Of a DNA stretch of 64,000 nucleotides, positions 1-9,151 are shown piece by piece. The stretch comes from a virus. The stretch lies in the IMG/VR virus record IMGVR_UViG_3300044712_002699, positions 1-64,000 of that record; one strand, given 5' to 3'. Below the pieces are notes generated by a model. The model had not been told where the DNA came from. It worked only from the letters and a program-made list of their open reading frames with translations, and ran no database searches. How positions within the stretch are numbered: the first letter of the stretch is position 1; each line of letters opens with the position of its first letter. Made by a program: the position numbers and the translations under genes.

Positions 1-981
1 CTGGGTTCCCTGCGATCCCTGAGCCCCTGTTACTCCTTGAGTTCCCTGAGGTCCAGTAACACCAGCAACTCCTTGAGCACCATCCGCGCCCTGATAACCC
101 TGTGGACCTTCAACGCCTTGTGCCCCAACAGCGCCTTGTGATCCAGTAGCCCCAGCGGCCCCTGGAGTGCCCTGAGGGCCGGTAGGACCTTCAAAGCCAA
201 GCGCTCCAGTATTACCCTGAGAACCCTGGTTTCCGGTTGCCCCCTGAGGACCGGCGTCTCCTTGAGGACCAGCGCTTCCCTGAGCCCCAACAGCGCCTGT
301 TGCTCCTTGAGGACCGGCATCTCCTTGAGAACCCTGTACTCCAGTTGTTCCCTGAGAACCCTGAGCACCCTGGGGTCCGGAGGGTCCAACTGGGCCTCCG
401 CTTGGACCCTGAGGACCAGTAGCGCCAGTCAAGCCTCTAAGACCGGTGGGTCCAGGAAGTCCAATAGAACCGGTTACTCCATCGGCTCCTCTAATTCCCT
501 GCGGACCTATTGGGCCGGTTGGTCCAACAGGACCACCTGAAGGACCGACAGGACCAGTTGGACCCATAGGGCCTCCTGAAGGACCCTGTGCTCCCTGGTG
601 TCCTTGAGGGCCTGCTGAGCCCGTGGCTCCTTGAGGACCGCCAGACGGACCTTGAGGGCCAACGGGTCCGGTGGGGCCTAACAGATAATCGTCAAAGATT
701 TTATCCAAAGCACCCTTAACGTTTGTAACGCTAGGTTGATCCTCTTTCGCATACTCCACTAAAGATGCCTCAGAAGGATACCTAGAAGACGAAGAAATTC
801 CCGTCTCTCCAGTAGTACCGCCGGTAGCCCCCGTTCCAACTATTTTAACTCTACCAGAATAATTAGAAAGAACGTAGCTCTCGTGTTCGGCTGCTATCGT
901 ATCTCCAATTTGGTAAAGTATAGACACGCCACCCTGGTAAAACTTGAGAGGTGTTTCACTAATATAAACAAGCATTATCAT
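1..981 (-). CDS. Collagen-like (Gly-X-Y) virion fibre/decoration protein, runs off the left end of the window
   Basis: Not in the ORF track. ATG at 981 with SD GGAGGT just upstream. Reads [16 protein letters not shown]...DKIFDDYLL, then long GPQ/GAQ/GAT triplet runs (short interruptions) to position 1. Confidence 0.85.
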   Translation of the reverse strand, partial: MIMLVYISETPLKFYQGGVSILYQIGDTIAAEHESYVLSNYSGRVKIVGTGATGGTTGETGISSSSRYPSEASLVEYAKEDQPSVTNVKGALDKIFDDYLLGPTGPVGPQGPSGGPQGATGSAGPQGHQGAQGPSGGPMGPTGPVGPSGGPVGPTGPIGPQGIRGADGVTGSIGLPGPTGLRGLTGATGPQGPSGGPVGPSGPQGAQGSQGTTGVQGSQGDAGPQGATGAVGAQGSAGPQGDAGPQGATGNQGSQGNTGALGFEGPTGPQGTPGAAGATGSQGAVGAQGVEGPQGYQGADGAQGVAGVTGPQGTQGVTGAQGSQGTQ

Positions 982-1020
982 TTACCTCCGTTTAGTTTTT
1001 AGCAATTAACAAAACTACCA

Positions 1021-1695
1021 TTAAGCACCTGTCATTCCGATAAGATACTCATTTCCAGATGTATCCATTAAATAGAGGTCACCGCCCTTAACATAGAGCT
1101 GGAAATTGCCAGCGTCTGCGGTAGGACTTGATGCAGTCGGACCCATCTTAAGGATTCCGTCCACCAATGCCGGATCACCTTGAGGCCCCTGAAATCCTTG
1201 GTTTCCTTGAGAACCTTGAGCCCCGGTGTCTCCTTGAGAACCTTGAGCCCCGGTGTCTCCTTGAGAACCTTGAGCCCCGGTGTCTCCTTGTGCCCCATCA
1301 TTTCCCTGTGACCCCTGCGATCCCTGCACACCTGGGGCACCCTGCGATCCCTGGTTTCCAGCAGACCCCTGAACTCCCTGTGGTCCTTGAGGACCTTGAG
1401 GGCCAGTTTCTCCTAAATCTCCCTGTGGTCCTGTAGGGCCAGGTAATGACTCACCAGTACCACCACCGGCCTCACCTTGAGGTCCTTGAGCACCCTGAGG
1501 TCCTTGAGGACCTGGGACTACACCAGATTGATAGTCACCCGCAGTTGGCCCACCCTCAATCTCTTCTATATCAGTCGGATGATTTGTTAACATATAAGGA
1601 ATATCTTCAGCTTCTAAAATATCCCCATAAGCCAAAGTTTTTGGCGCTAGATTTTCAAAATAGAGCGTGTCTGTTCCTATATATCGGTATCCCAT
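1021..1695 (-). CDS. Collagen-like protein, 224 aa
   Basis: Central GPQ/GSQ/GDT triplets; SD AAGGAG; short C-terminal beta-rich domain (QLYVKGGDLYLMD). Confidence 0.9.
   Translation of the reverse strand: MGYRYIGTDTLYFENLAPKTLAYGDILEAEDIPYMLTNHPTDIEEIEGGPTAGDYQSGVVPGPQGPQGAQGPQGEAGGGTGESLPGPTGPQGDLGETGPQGPQGPQGVQGSAGNQGSQGAPGVQGSQGSQGNDGAQGDTGAQGSQGDTGAQGSQGDTGAQGSQGNQGFQGPQGDPALVDGILKMGPTASSPTADAGNFQLYVKGGDLYLMDTSGNEYLIGMTGA
1205..1291. repeat. 27-bp tandem repeat, about 3 copies, encoding GDTGAQGSQ
   Basis: ccttgagaaccttgagccccggtgtct repeated directly inside the collagen gene. Confidence 0.9.
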
Positions 1696-1742
1696 GTTTC
1701 ATCTCCTTGACATTCCACAGTTAGAATGAAGAGTCTTTTTGA

Positions 1743-1750
1743 GAAAGACA
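1743..1750 (-). promoter_or_regulatory. YGTCTTTC motif (candidate late promoter) upstream of the collagen genes
   Basis: GAAAGACA on +; one of nine copies placed upstream of minus-strand genes. Confidence 0.6.
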
Positions 1751-1814
1751 CGAACAAGAGACATTTTATTGAGAGGAAAACAACTAGGGCAGGTTCAAAA
1801 TGAAAAGTCAGAGC

Positions 1815-2900
1815 CTAAACAGAGGTAGGATTTAAAATATTCCATTTTCGTTCCAACTTAGGAATATCCAAAGTAGACAAGTCTTGAAGAACCGCTTCAG
1901 CCCTTCTACCCTTGATTCGATACTCCCAAGACTTCTTCCGTTTATAGGGACGAATATTTGCTAGTTTCTCGGAGGGATACCATGCATCGAACAGATTCTT
2001 GATCCAAGACAGGAGCATTTCAGTTCCAGTAATAGAGACATAGAAATAGCCCCTCTTGTCTCTTGAAATAGAACCGTCGCCGTCAATGATACCACAAATA
2101 TAGGCTTTGATAAGAACGTCACCTGAAAGATTTGGAGGTTCTAAGATATGAGACTTCTGAGGAACAACATTAAAATGGGCTTTAAGATCTTCACACCACT
2201 GAGGAACTCCATTGATTTTCAAAGTAGCATAACTTCGTATAATCCCCTTTGTTTTCCGCTGCCGTGAATTAATAGGACCTGTATAGCCTATATCTGTCTT
2301 AAATCTCTCCAAAAGGCATCTATCTTTTTCTTGCAACGTTACTGAGATACACGGTCTGTCCTTGACCACACATCCGTCTGCTGCCAAGAATCCACCCCAA
2401 TAGCAATTAAGGGCATTCAAGTCTCGAAAAAAGAGTTTATTAACTGAATAGCGAGTTCCTGCCGGTAGATATCTCTCAACATTATTTCTTCTGAAATAGT
2501 GCTTTACGCTAGAAGCCGACAGCCCCAGTAGCTTCGCTAAATCCTTGTTGTTTTTATTATCTTTATGCTTCTCTATCAACAAGATATCTTTTTTATTGAT
2601 TCTAGGATACTTAATCTGACAGTTTCTATACACATGAGATGCCACAGTACTTGCCTTACATTCTAAAGACTTTGCCATCTGTTCATAGGTCATGCTCTGA
2701 TAGTGAGTTCTTATGAACTCCCTTTGTTCCTCAGTTAAATCTACAGATGTTCTCTTCTTCAAACCCATCCTAAAAGATTGCTGTTTGACGACAGACGCGC
2801 TTCGCGCTAGAATAACTCCTATTTCTTTAGCAGTCATAATTTGATAATTGTCTTTTATAAACTGCTTCTCTATTTCTGTGAAAAGTCTTACCTTACCCAA
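1815..2900 (-). CDS. Free-standing double-motif LAGLIDADG homing endonuclease with N-terminal HTH-like repeats
   Basis: Motifs YWGGFLAADGCV and YICGIIDGDGSI; three N-terminal repeats of type E.EFI..NY..MT..EIA..L; TTG start. Confidence 0.88.
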   Translation of the reverse strand: MGKVRLFTEIEKQFIKDNYQIMTAKEIGVILARSASVVKQQSFRMGLKKRTSVDLTEEQREFIRTHYQSMTYEQMAKSLECKASTVASHVYRNCQIKYPRINKKDILLIEKHKDNKNNKDLAKLLGLSASSVKHYFRRNNVERYLPAGTRYSVNKLFFRDLNALNCYWGGFLAADGCVVKDRPCISVTLQEKDRCLLERFKTDIGYTGPINSRQRKTKGIIRSYATLKINGVPQWCEDLKAHFNVVPQKSHILEPPNLSGDVLIKAYICGIIDGDGSISRDKRGYFYVSITGTEMLLSWIKNLFDAWYPSEKLANIRPYKRKKSWEYRIKGRRAEAVLQDLSTLDIPKLERKWNILNPTSV

Positions 2901-3074
2901 TTTAAAACAAGCCTCTCATCAAAGTGTTATACCTATAATATACATCATCGCTTAAACTTTGCAACTAAGAACTGAAAAAGCCTACTATTCGATGTTACTT
3001 TACTAACAAACATCTCCTAATAGGCTTTTAATTTAAGGTCTAGGTCGATCTGTAGTAATTGACCCTATACCAAT

Positions 3075-3100
3075 TTTGGCTAGGCCGAAGCCTAGCCAAA
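3075..3100 (-). terminator. C(UUCG)G hairpin downstream of the major capsid gene
   Basis: Minus strand TTTGGCTAGGC-TTCG-GCCTAGCCAAA, an 11-bp stem 11 nt after the capsid stop; no clear U-tract follows. Confidence 0.7.
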
Positions 3101-3111
3101 TTGAAAGTCAA

Positions 3112-4563
3112 TTACGTGATATTGATAGCCGTTGTGAACACAGGGGCAACTACCTTGATACCTGCCGCATGTGCAACACCTCTCGCTCGACGCAGCGCAC
3201 TGTCGATAGCGACGGTGTCTGTGATGAACAGAGGAAGATAAGGAGAATAGACCACAGCGGCCTCAAACCAATTTGTTCCACGATATCCAGCATATATCTT
3301 GTCTGCGGGAATTATGTCCGTGCCCGGGACCTTGACAACGGTAATGGTATCATTCAGGATTCCGTAGACCTGAGGACCCATAGCATTACCAGTGGCAACT
3401 TTCTTGAAACCAGGCTGAGTTGCGATGTGAACCAGACCGGAACCGGCTGCGAGCATATAGTTAACAGTTCCACGACCGGCTGTATCAGCGATCTTCGTAG
3501 AAGCCGCTTCAATAGCATCGATGAAGGACAGTTTGTGCTCGTATGCGGAAGTTCCAGCAGGAGGAGTGTCATTCCAGTCAACTGAAGTCGGGCAGGCAGC
3601 AACGATACTCTTGATCGCGGCAGTTGCTACTTCAGCGTTGATTTCTGACACGAGGTCGGTTGCGACTTCTTCGTCCATCGCACGCCCAAACCTTTTCTGC
3701 AACGCAAACTCGGTAACCATACCCCAGTTACCTTCCAGCATGAATGTACGGGCACGAATTGTGTCGTCCACTGTCTGCCAAGAGACCTTGGGGATGTTGG
3801 TTGCGATTTCGATGTCAGTCTGATAGCTGATGACAACCTTGTCAGTTGTGGCAAGACCGGTGTTGTCAGTAATAGTGATAGCAAGCTCACCGGTATTGTA
3901 GTTAACAGTACCAATCAGGTTGGGGCCATAGATATTGCCCTTACCATCATCGATAGCGGCAATCTTAACAGCGCCTGTGGTAGCGTTGACAACGCTAAGT
4001 TCGAGGGTTCTCATAAGAACCGGCTTGTAGGCAGCGTCAGTAAGCGTCGGGGCGATAGGAACAGTTGTGCTCGCCAAAGTACCCTTCTGCTCTGCTGTAA
4101 TCTGGTTAGAAGCGTAATCCGCACGGTTAGCCCAGTCCCTCTGACCAAACTCAGAAAGAAGAACATCACCAGCATTCACGCCTTGGCGCGCCTGAGCAGC
4201 AACCATCTTCTTATAGAAAATAACGCCAACGAGTTCGTCAATCGGCTGAGTAGAAGCGATAACACTCATAATGCTGGTTGAATAGGCAGCAGAAATGAGG
4301 TCCAATGCAACAGGAAGAACGCGACCCAAGTTGTCCATAACGACGGACTCAGGCATCATCCTGCGCCAGGTCTCGAAATTCTCCAAGCATTTGCCAAGCG
4401 CGTAGGCATCAAACTTGTTGAACTTACGAATGTGCTTGCTGTTGAAAACGGGAACCGCTTCGTCAATCTTCTCGCGGTATACTTCATAAAGTCTCTCGGA
4501 CTGAATAGCAATCCTAGACTCATGAACATCAGGCATATCGAGTTTTGCTACATCTTTACCCAT
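3112..4563 (-). CDS. Major capsid protein, T4 gp23-like
   Basis: Motifs ASTQPIDELVGVIFY, DLVSEINAEV, GRGTVNYM and AAVVYSPYLPL match gp23-family signatures; lies downstream of the prohead protease; SD AAGGAG. Confidence 0.92.
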   Translation of the reverse strand: MGKDVAKLDMPDVHESRIAIQSERLYEVYREKIDEAVPVFNSKHIRKFNKFDAYALGKCLENFETWRRMMPESVVMDNLGRVLPVALDLISAAYSTSIMSVIASTQPIDELVGVIFYKKMVAAQARQGVNAGDVLLSEFGQRDWANRADYASNQITAEQKGTLASTTVPIAPTLTDAAYKPVLMRTLELSVVNATTGAVKIAAIDDGKGNIYGPNLIGTVNYNTGELAITITDNTGLATTDKVVISYQTDIEIATNIPKVSWQTVDDTIRARTFMLEGNWGMVTEFALQKRFGRAMDEEVATDLVSEINAEVATAAIKSIVAACPTSVDWNDTPPAGTSAYEHKLSFIDAIEAASTKIADTAGRGTVNYMLAAGSGLVHIATQPGFKKVATGNAMGPQVYGILNDTITVVKVPGTDIIPADKIYAGYRGTNWFEAAVVYSPYLPLFITDTVAIDSALRRARGVAHAAGIKVVAPVFTTAINIT

Positions 4564-4724
4564 AATATCTTACTCCTTCTAAGGTTTTTTTCAGTCATCA
4601 CCGGCCCCGCCAACCTTGGAAGTGCAAGAGTTATGGGCCTCTTGTCGGATTATCGCATTAGATGCGATTTAGAATTTCGTTTCAGTCAATGCTCTTGCAG
4701 TGAAGAGCAGTAAATTGCTTTACA

Positions 4725-4732
4725 GAAAGACA
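4725..4732 (-). promoter_or_regulatory. YGTCTTTC motif upstream of the major capsid gene
   Basis: GAAAGACA on +, about 160 nt before the capsid start. Confidence 0.6.
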
Positions 4733-4814
4733 GTTTGTTGTGAAGAAATACTCAGTATTTACGGGTATAAGAAAATTCCTTAATAATACCTAGTAATTAC
4801 TGAGTATCTCCGGT

Positions 4815-5345
4815 TTATCCAATGTACCCGTTGTCGATTATGCGAACGGTTCCATCTTCGTTTTTGATTACTTGGACCTTCTCTTCGGCCCGATAAAGTC
4901 CCTTAAGATTCTCCGGCTCTACGACGAATCCTATAGTGTGATCCTCGAACAACACTCTGGGATACTTTCTGTCTTCTGTAGGCACTGCCTCCAGAATAGT
5001 TGCCACTCTAGGCTCTGTCCTTCCATTGATCTCAATCTTTTGGAAGTCGAAAGTTTCCAGAAGAACACGCTTGTTCTGGATTCTTTTAGCTCTAGTCGGG
5101 TTGCCTTTAACAGCAACCCATACTTCAGAGAGTGGGCGACCAAAAGAGCCGGAATCTTTAACTCCGTTACTCTCGTGGACCCTCAGGACGAGTTTCCCGT
5201 CGTCCAGAGACAGAACGTTGAGGCTATTATCCTCTTCCCATCGAGTAAGTTCGCCGGACAGTACAGGAATCGCATGAGGACCATTGGAATCCAGGTCAAG
5301 TGACTTATCCATTATTTCCAGTAAATCAACTGCGGATTTCCTCAT
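4815..5345 (-). CDS. Hypothetical head-associated protein
   Basis: ATG at 5345 with SD GGAGGT (MRKSAVDLLE); lies between protease and capsid; several [ILV]-x-E sites. Confidence 0.7.
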   Translation of the reverse strand: MRKSAVDLLEIMDKSLDLDSNGPHAIPVLSGELTRWEEDNSLNVLSLDDGKLVLRVHESNGVKDSGSFGRPLSEVWVAVKGNPTRAKRIQNKRVLLETFDFQKIEINGRTEPRVATILEAVPTEDRKYPRVLFEDHTIGFVVEPENLKGLYRAEEKVQVIKNEDGTVRIIDNGYIG

Positions 5346-5375
5346 GTCTTTACCTCCGGTTCCGAAAGTCACGGC

Positions 5376-6260
5376 TTAGCCCAAGCTTTCAGCGATTCTC
5401 TGAACGGTGTTCTTGGGGAGAACTTCGCGATCCTTGGTTGACTCCTCGGTCGGGAACAGGTTAACTTTGTTACGGCTTGCCTCTCTCAGCTTGCTAAGGG
5501 AAGCGCGGAGTTTGTCTTCATCGTCACCAATGGTTTCAACCATGATGCGAACGGTAGACTCAGGAAGACCGAACTCAACTGCCAGGTTGGGGATATCGTT
5601 CTGAAGCTGCTGAGTCTTGTGATACTTCACGAAGTCAACAACTCGGTCAAACGTTTCCTTGATGCTGGTCGGAGTGCCGAGGTCTTTGTAAGCCTTAAGC
5701 TCTTCGATAACTTCCAGTGTCCTCTCATAGGATTCCTGGATCTCATCAACCGTGCCGATCTCTTTGTAGGTCTGGATAATCTTGAAACCGTTTTCGGCTT
5801 TAGCGAACGCCTCAGAAATCTTCTCAGGGGTTCCAAGAGCCTTGTACGCGTTAAGAATATCACTCATCTTAGAAGCCTTAACATAGACTTCCTTGATTTC
5901 CTGAGGGGTTCCCATCTTCTTGTAATCAGCCAATTGCTTCAAAGCCTTCTGAGACTGATCGAAAACGGAGTTAATTTCATCAGGGGTTCCAAGCTCTTCA
6001 TACTGAGCCAACTTAGACTGCGCTGCTGCAATATCTTTCTCAAGATCGCCCAGGTCGTCCACTGATCCCTTTTCCATATATGCCTTCAGCATCACATTCT
6101 GCTCTTTCGCTATATCAAGGGCCTTTGTCAGTTCTTCGGGAGTACCGAGACTAGCATATGCCTCATTAGCGGCCAGGGCTTCTTGCAAAGACTGCTCAAG
6201 ACCTTTCTTTTCTTTGTAAAGGGCTTCCACCATTGCCTTGGTCGTGTCCTTATCTGCCAT
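5376..6260 (-). CDS. Putative nested in-frame scaffolding protein (294 aa, from Met216)
   Basis: GGAGGT (6273-6268) 7 nt before the in-frame ATG at 6260 (MADKDTTK), at the protease/scaffold boundary. Confidence 0.65.
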   Translation of the reverse strand: MADKDTTKAMVEALYKEKKGLEQSLQEALAANEAYASLGTPEELTKALDIAKEQNVMLKAYMEKGSVDDLGDLEKDIAAAQSKLAQYEELGTPDEINSVFDQSQKALKQLADYKKMGTPQEIKEVYVKASKMSDILNAYKALGTPEKISEAFAKAENGFKIIQTYKEIGTVDEIQESYERTLEVIEELKAYKDLGTPTSIKETFDRVVDFVKYHKTQQLQNDIPNLAVEFGLPESTVRIMVETIGDDEDKLRASLSKLREASRNKVNLFPTEESTKDREVLPKNTVQRIAESLG

Positions 6261-6905
6261 TGGATTTACCTCCAGTCGTTCATTAGGTGTTTTTATAGAA
6301 GGTTTCTTATGTAGAACCTCATTCAGACTTCTCACATCTAACGTATGAGTCGGTTGTAGCAACGATTCCACTAGTTGAGGATGGGCATCAACAAATCCGG
6401 GGTCAGGGGTGAAGTCAAAGGTTTGAAGCTGATAGGTTTCAGGATCAACAATTGGAAGACCTGATTCATTAGTTTTCCCTGGGAGAAACCTGCCAGTTGC
6501 GCGGCTAGAAACACACCACTTACTGCCTAGCCTGAGCAATTTGTTCAATATTTGACCTTTAGGGGTGTTAAGAATTAATGCTTCCCCCATACCAACCTTA
6601 GGGTTTTGAGGATCGATCCATAACTTAGTGACAACGTGGCTGTATTCCTCAATCGGCGGCTCTTGCTGCGGGTGAAATACGGTGCCGTACATCGTAAGGT
6701 CACTTAACCTCTGCTGTACTGGCTCGTGGCCCAATGCCTTTTCCCACAACTCCGGCGGATAATACCTTTGATTTCGGCTCGTGCCTCCTGGGAAAAAGAA
6801 TGGGCCTCTCACTTTAGCGAGAACCACATCATTATCCACAGCAGGTCCGGCTTCCTCAAGGCTTAGAGCCATTGGTCCGCCAGTGTCATAAAGTTTTTCA
6901 GCCAT
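5376..6905 (-). CDS. Prohead maturation protease (T4 gp21-like) fused to a C-terminal coiled-coil/repeat scaffold
   Basis: SRNQRYYP, MYGTVFHP, SHVVTKLW, ILNTPKGQIL, VSSRATG and TFDFTPDPGF are gp21-type motifs; C-terminal half is helical with Y.xLGTPxEI repeats. Confidence 0.88.
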   Translation of the reverse strand: MAEKLYDTGGPMALSLEEAGPAVDNDVVLAKVRGPFFFPGGTSRNQRYYPPELWEKALGHEPVQQRLSDLTMYGTVFHPQQEPPIEEYSHVVTKLWIDPQNPKVGMGEALILNTPKGQILNKLLRLGSKWCVSSRATGRFLPGKTNESGLPIVDPETYQLQTFDFTPDPGFVDAHPQLVESLLQPTHTLDVRSLNEVLHKKPSIKTPNERLEVNPMADKDTTKAMVEALYKEKKGLEQSLQEALAANEAYASLGTPEELTKALDIAKEQNVMLKAYMEKGSVDDLGDLEKDIAAAQSKLAQYEELGTPDEINSVFDQSQKALKQLADYKKMGTPQEIKEVYVKASKMSDILNAYKALGTPEKISEAFAKAENGFKIIQTYKEIGTVDEIQESYERTLEVIEELKAYKDLGTPTSIKETFDRVVDFVKYHKTQQLQNDIPNLAVEFGLPESTVRIMVETIGDDEDKLRASLSKLREASRNKVNLFPTEESTKDREVLPKNTVQRIAESLG

Positions 6906-6944
6906 TGCCTATCTCCTGTTACGTCAGCCCAAAACTCCTGGGGA

Positions 6945-7250
6945 CTAGACGCGATCAGTATCTACCAACGAAAGTCGGTAGCCGTACTTTTCGAAAATCT
7001 TGTCTTCCAGTTTCTCGAGTATTTTGGAGCTGCCGACCAGATCAACGAGGCCAGAAACTTCAGACTTAGCGCGCAAACCCTTAATCTTAACGTCGAAAGC
7101 CCGCTGGTCTGTCTCGTTAATGTCTAGGCCGTCCCACCTGGCATAAGGTCCTAAGAATTCCTCCACAAACTGCTCAACAAAAGTCAGTTCATGGTCATCA
7201 AAGGCTTTTATGCTCTCGTTGACAGCTCTTAGTACGGTGCTTGCCTTCAT
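6945..7250 (-). CDS. Hypothetical (putative prohead core/internal) protein
   Basis: SD GAGGAG then ATG (MKASTVLRAVNES); directly upstream of the protease. Confidence 0.7.
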   Translation of the reverse strand: MKASTVLRAVNESIKAFDDHELTFVEQFVEEFLGPYARWDGLDINETDQRAFDVKIKGLRAKSEVSGLVDLVGSSKILEKLEDKIFEKYGYRLSLVDTDRV

Positions 7251-7311
7251 TGACAACTCCTCTGTTTTCCTAACGGAAATACTTTCAGATATTGTTCCGC
7301 CTACTTGATAA

Positions 7312-7319
7312 GAAAGACG
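7312..7319 (-). promoter_or_regulatory. YGTCTTTC motif upstream of the protease operon
   Basis: GAAAGACG on +, intergenic. Confidence 0.55.
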
Positions 7320-7405
7320 GATTATCGCTTGTAAATATGTCTTCCAATTATTCCTAAGTTAGGATTATAAGAGATAAGAAGAAAACTAGCAGGGATTCTA
7401 GTGGG

Positions 7406-8116
7406 TTAGTAGTCTGTATCTTCTATGTCTGATGCAGATGCGAGAACCGCATAATCATACTTATCATCTAGCAATGAATCTATCAAATAAACATCTTCTT
7501 CTCTTAATTGGAAGTCTTCGTAGTCAATTATTGCCTGTTCAACCCTTTGACACAGGTCCGATAATTCTGGTAATACAGTCTCTAGCATCACAAGGTAATC
7601 AGCCTCTTCTGAAGGCTGAAGATAGTATTGTGTCTCCAAAACTAACCTATTTGTAAGGGCCGTTAATAGGACCAGAAACTGCGATGAGTCAAACCTACTT
7701 AGAGTAGTATTACCTATTTCAAGATAATTCTGGTCTTCTCTTAACCGAGAACTTGTACCGTACTCCGCCTTCTTGGCCGGAGACTGGCTCAGAACTCCTC
7801 TCGATACCATAAAACGGGCAAGATTCCTGTGAAATCTTTTTCCCTCAACCGAACGAGAGAATTGACGAATACCTTTGAGGTATTTATACCTTCCAGCTCG
7901 CCAATTATGCTTTTGAATCTGTGACTTCCGAAAATCCTTAAGTCTCTTTAGCAGGTTTTTTCTTCGGCCAACAATATACTTCTTAACATCAGTTCTTTGG
8001 ATAAATGCTTCAAATTGCTTCTCATCTATTGGGTCAATATTTGAAATATCTATCCCAGAGTCCTCTCGCAGCTCTTGCAATAACAGTTCCTTATCTGTAC
8101 CATCACGAAACTTCAT
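7406..8116 (-). CDS. Hypothetical protein in the head cluster (basic central segment)
   Basis: 236-aa ORF with SD GGAGG. Confidence 0.75.
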   Translation of the reverse strand: MKFRDGTDKELLLQELREDSGIDISNIDPIDEKQFEAFIQRTDVKKYIVGRRKNLLKRLKDFRKSQIQKHNWRAGRYKYLKGIRQFSRSVEGKRFHRNLARFMVSRGVLSQSPAKKAEYGTSSRLREDQNYLEIGNTTLSRFDSSQFLVLLTALTNRLVLETQYYLQPSEEADYLVMLETVLPELSDLCQRVEQAIIDYEDFQLREEDVYLIDSLLDDKYDYAVLASASDIEDTDY

Positions 8117-8155
8117 TCATTGCCTCCAGAGCTTCCTTACGACATCCTTAACTGA

Positions 8156-8776
8156 TTAGGGCTCGTTGCTAACTACTCGAGTCGCGTCAGTCTTCCTGTC
8201 AATAGCAGCACCCTGAGCAATCTTAGTCAGGTACTCGGAAGACTCATCATGTCCAATCTGCTTAAGGTACTTAGCGGTTGCCATAATCGCACCAACAACA
8301 TCTGTGGGAACAGGATTGTTGGAACTTTGTACCACGTCTGCTGCTCTGGAAGCGGCTTGATCATTCGTAATGACTGTTTCCTTCGGGGGCAGAAGCGGAG
8401 AATGACCATCAGGATCAGGAGTCTGCATGAACTGTTTCGGCATAGCAGGGCGAGCCGAAAGATTTCTCTGCTGATCGATAGTTGTTTGGTCCTTAGGGTT
8501 AACATAAGGCGTCGAGTAAACTTCCGAAAGCAGCCGAGCGACCCTATTGGCAATTTTGTTAATCGTAGCCTCGCTAAGATCGACACTTTCTGTTACAGGA
8601 ATTGGGCTAGTTGTGTCGTTCATTTGCTCGGTAATGGCTTCCTCACCCCAAAGGTCAAAACCTTCAGAAATGAGCCTCTTGTAATCTCTGTCGGTAAATA
8701 CAGGATCGGGTGCCATTCCCAGAGTTTTCAAAGACTCGTTGAATTCCTCAACTATGTTTTTCTTCAAAGCACTCAT
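8156..8776 (-). CDS. Putative prohead core protein
   Basis: SD GGAGG before MSALKK (8776); many gp21-type x-x-E sites (FNES, LISE, ITEQ, VTES, LSEA, LLSE). Confidence 0.65.
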   Translation of the reverse strand: MSALKKNIVEEFNESLKTLGMAPDPVFTDRDYKRLISEGFDLWGEEAITEQMNDTTSPIPVTESVDLSEATINKIANRVARLLSEVYSTPYVNPKDQTTIDQQRNLSARPAMPKQFMQTPDPDGHSPLLPPKETVITNDQAASRAADVVQSSNNPVPTDVVGAIMATAKYLKQIGHDESSEYLTKIAQGAAIDRKTDATRVVSNEP

Positions 8777-8792
8777 TTTTAATCCTCCATCG

Positions 8793-9059
8793 TCAAGATT
8801 CGGTGGCTTCTGTGTCCGTATCTCCCTCAATATTTTGGCTCACGAGAGCCCTCTTGAGGGCCTTATTCAGAAAAAGAGCAAATGCCTCTGTTTCCCTTCG
8901 TTCTCTAATATCCATATTATCGAGTGGAGTAACGGCCAAATAAACCGTCAACTGCGTTTGCATTATTTGAAGAGCGACAACATCATTAATCGAACACTCA
9001 CTCTTCTCAACTATACTCCAGATCTTTCTCCTTAACGTTTGAAAGAAATTCATAAGCAT
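8793..9059 (-). CDS. Hypothetical protein
   Basis: Fills the gap in the operon; likely start MLMNFF at 9059 (or 9053); YGTCTTTC motif at 9099-9106. Confidence 0.55.
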   Translation of the reverse strand: MLMNFFQTLRRKIWSIVEKSECSINDVVALQIMQTQLTVYLAVTPLDNMDIRERRETEAFALFLNKALKRALVSQNIEGDTDTEATES

Positions 9060-9098
9060 TCCTTTTATAGGTTGTGGGTTAAAGAGATACCTTACTTG

Positions 9099-9106
9099 GA
9101 AAGACA
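9099..9106 (-). promoter_or_regulatory. YGTCTTTC motif
   Basis: GAAAGACA on +, upstream of the 9059 start. Confidence 0.55.
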
Positions 9107-9151
9107 ATACCGGCCAAAAAAATCAACCTACTCTCTTGATGTTATAGAGAC

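Noticed and set aside
1205-1291. 27-bp direct repeats as a CRISPR array
   Set aside because: No spacers; they are in-frame collagen coding repeats.
30-1724. Several short alternative-frame and antisense ORFs over the collagen genes
   Set aside because: By-products of Gly-X-Y codon periodicity; the collagen frames have SD sites and coherent products.
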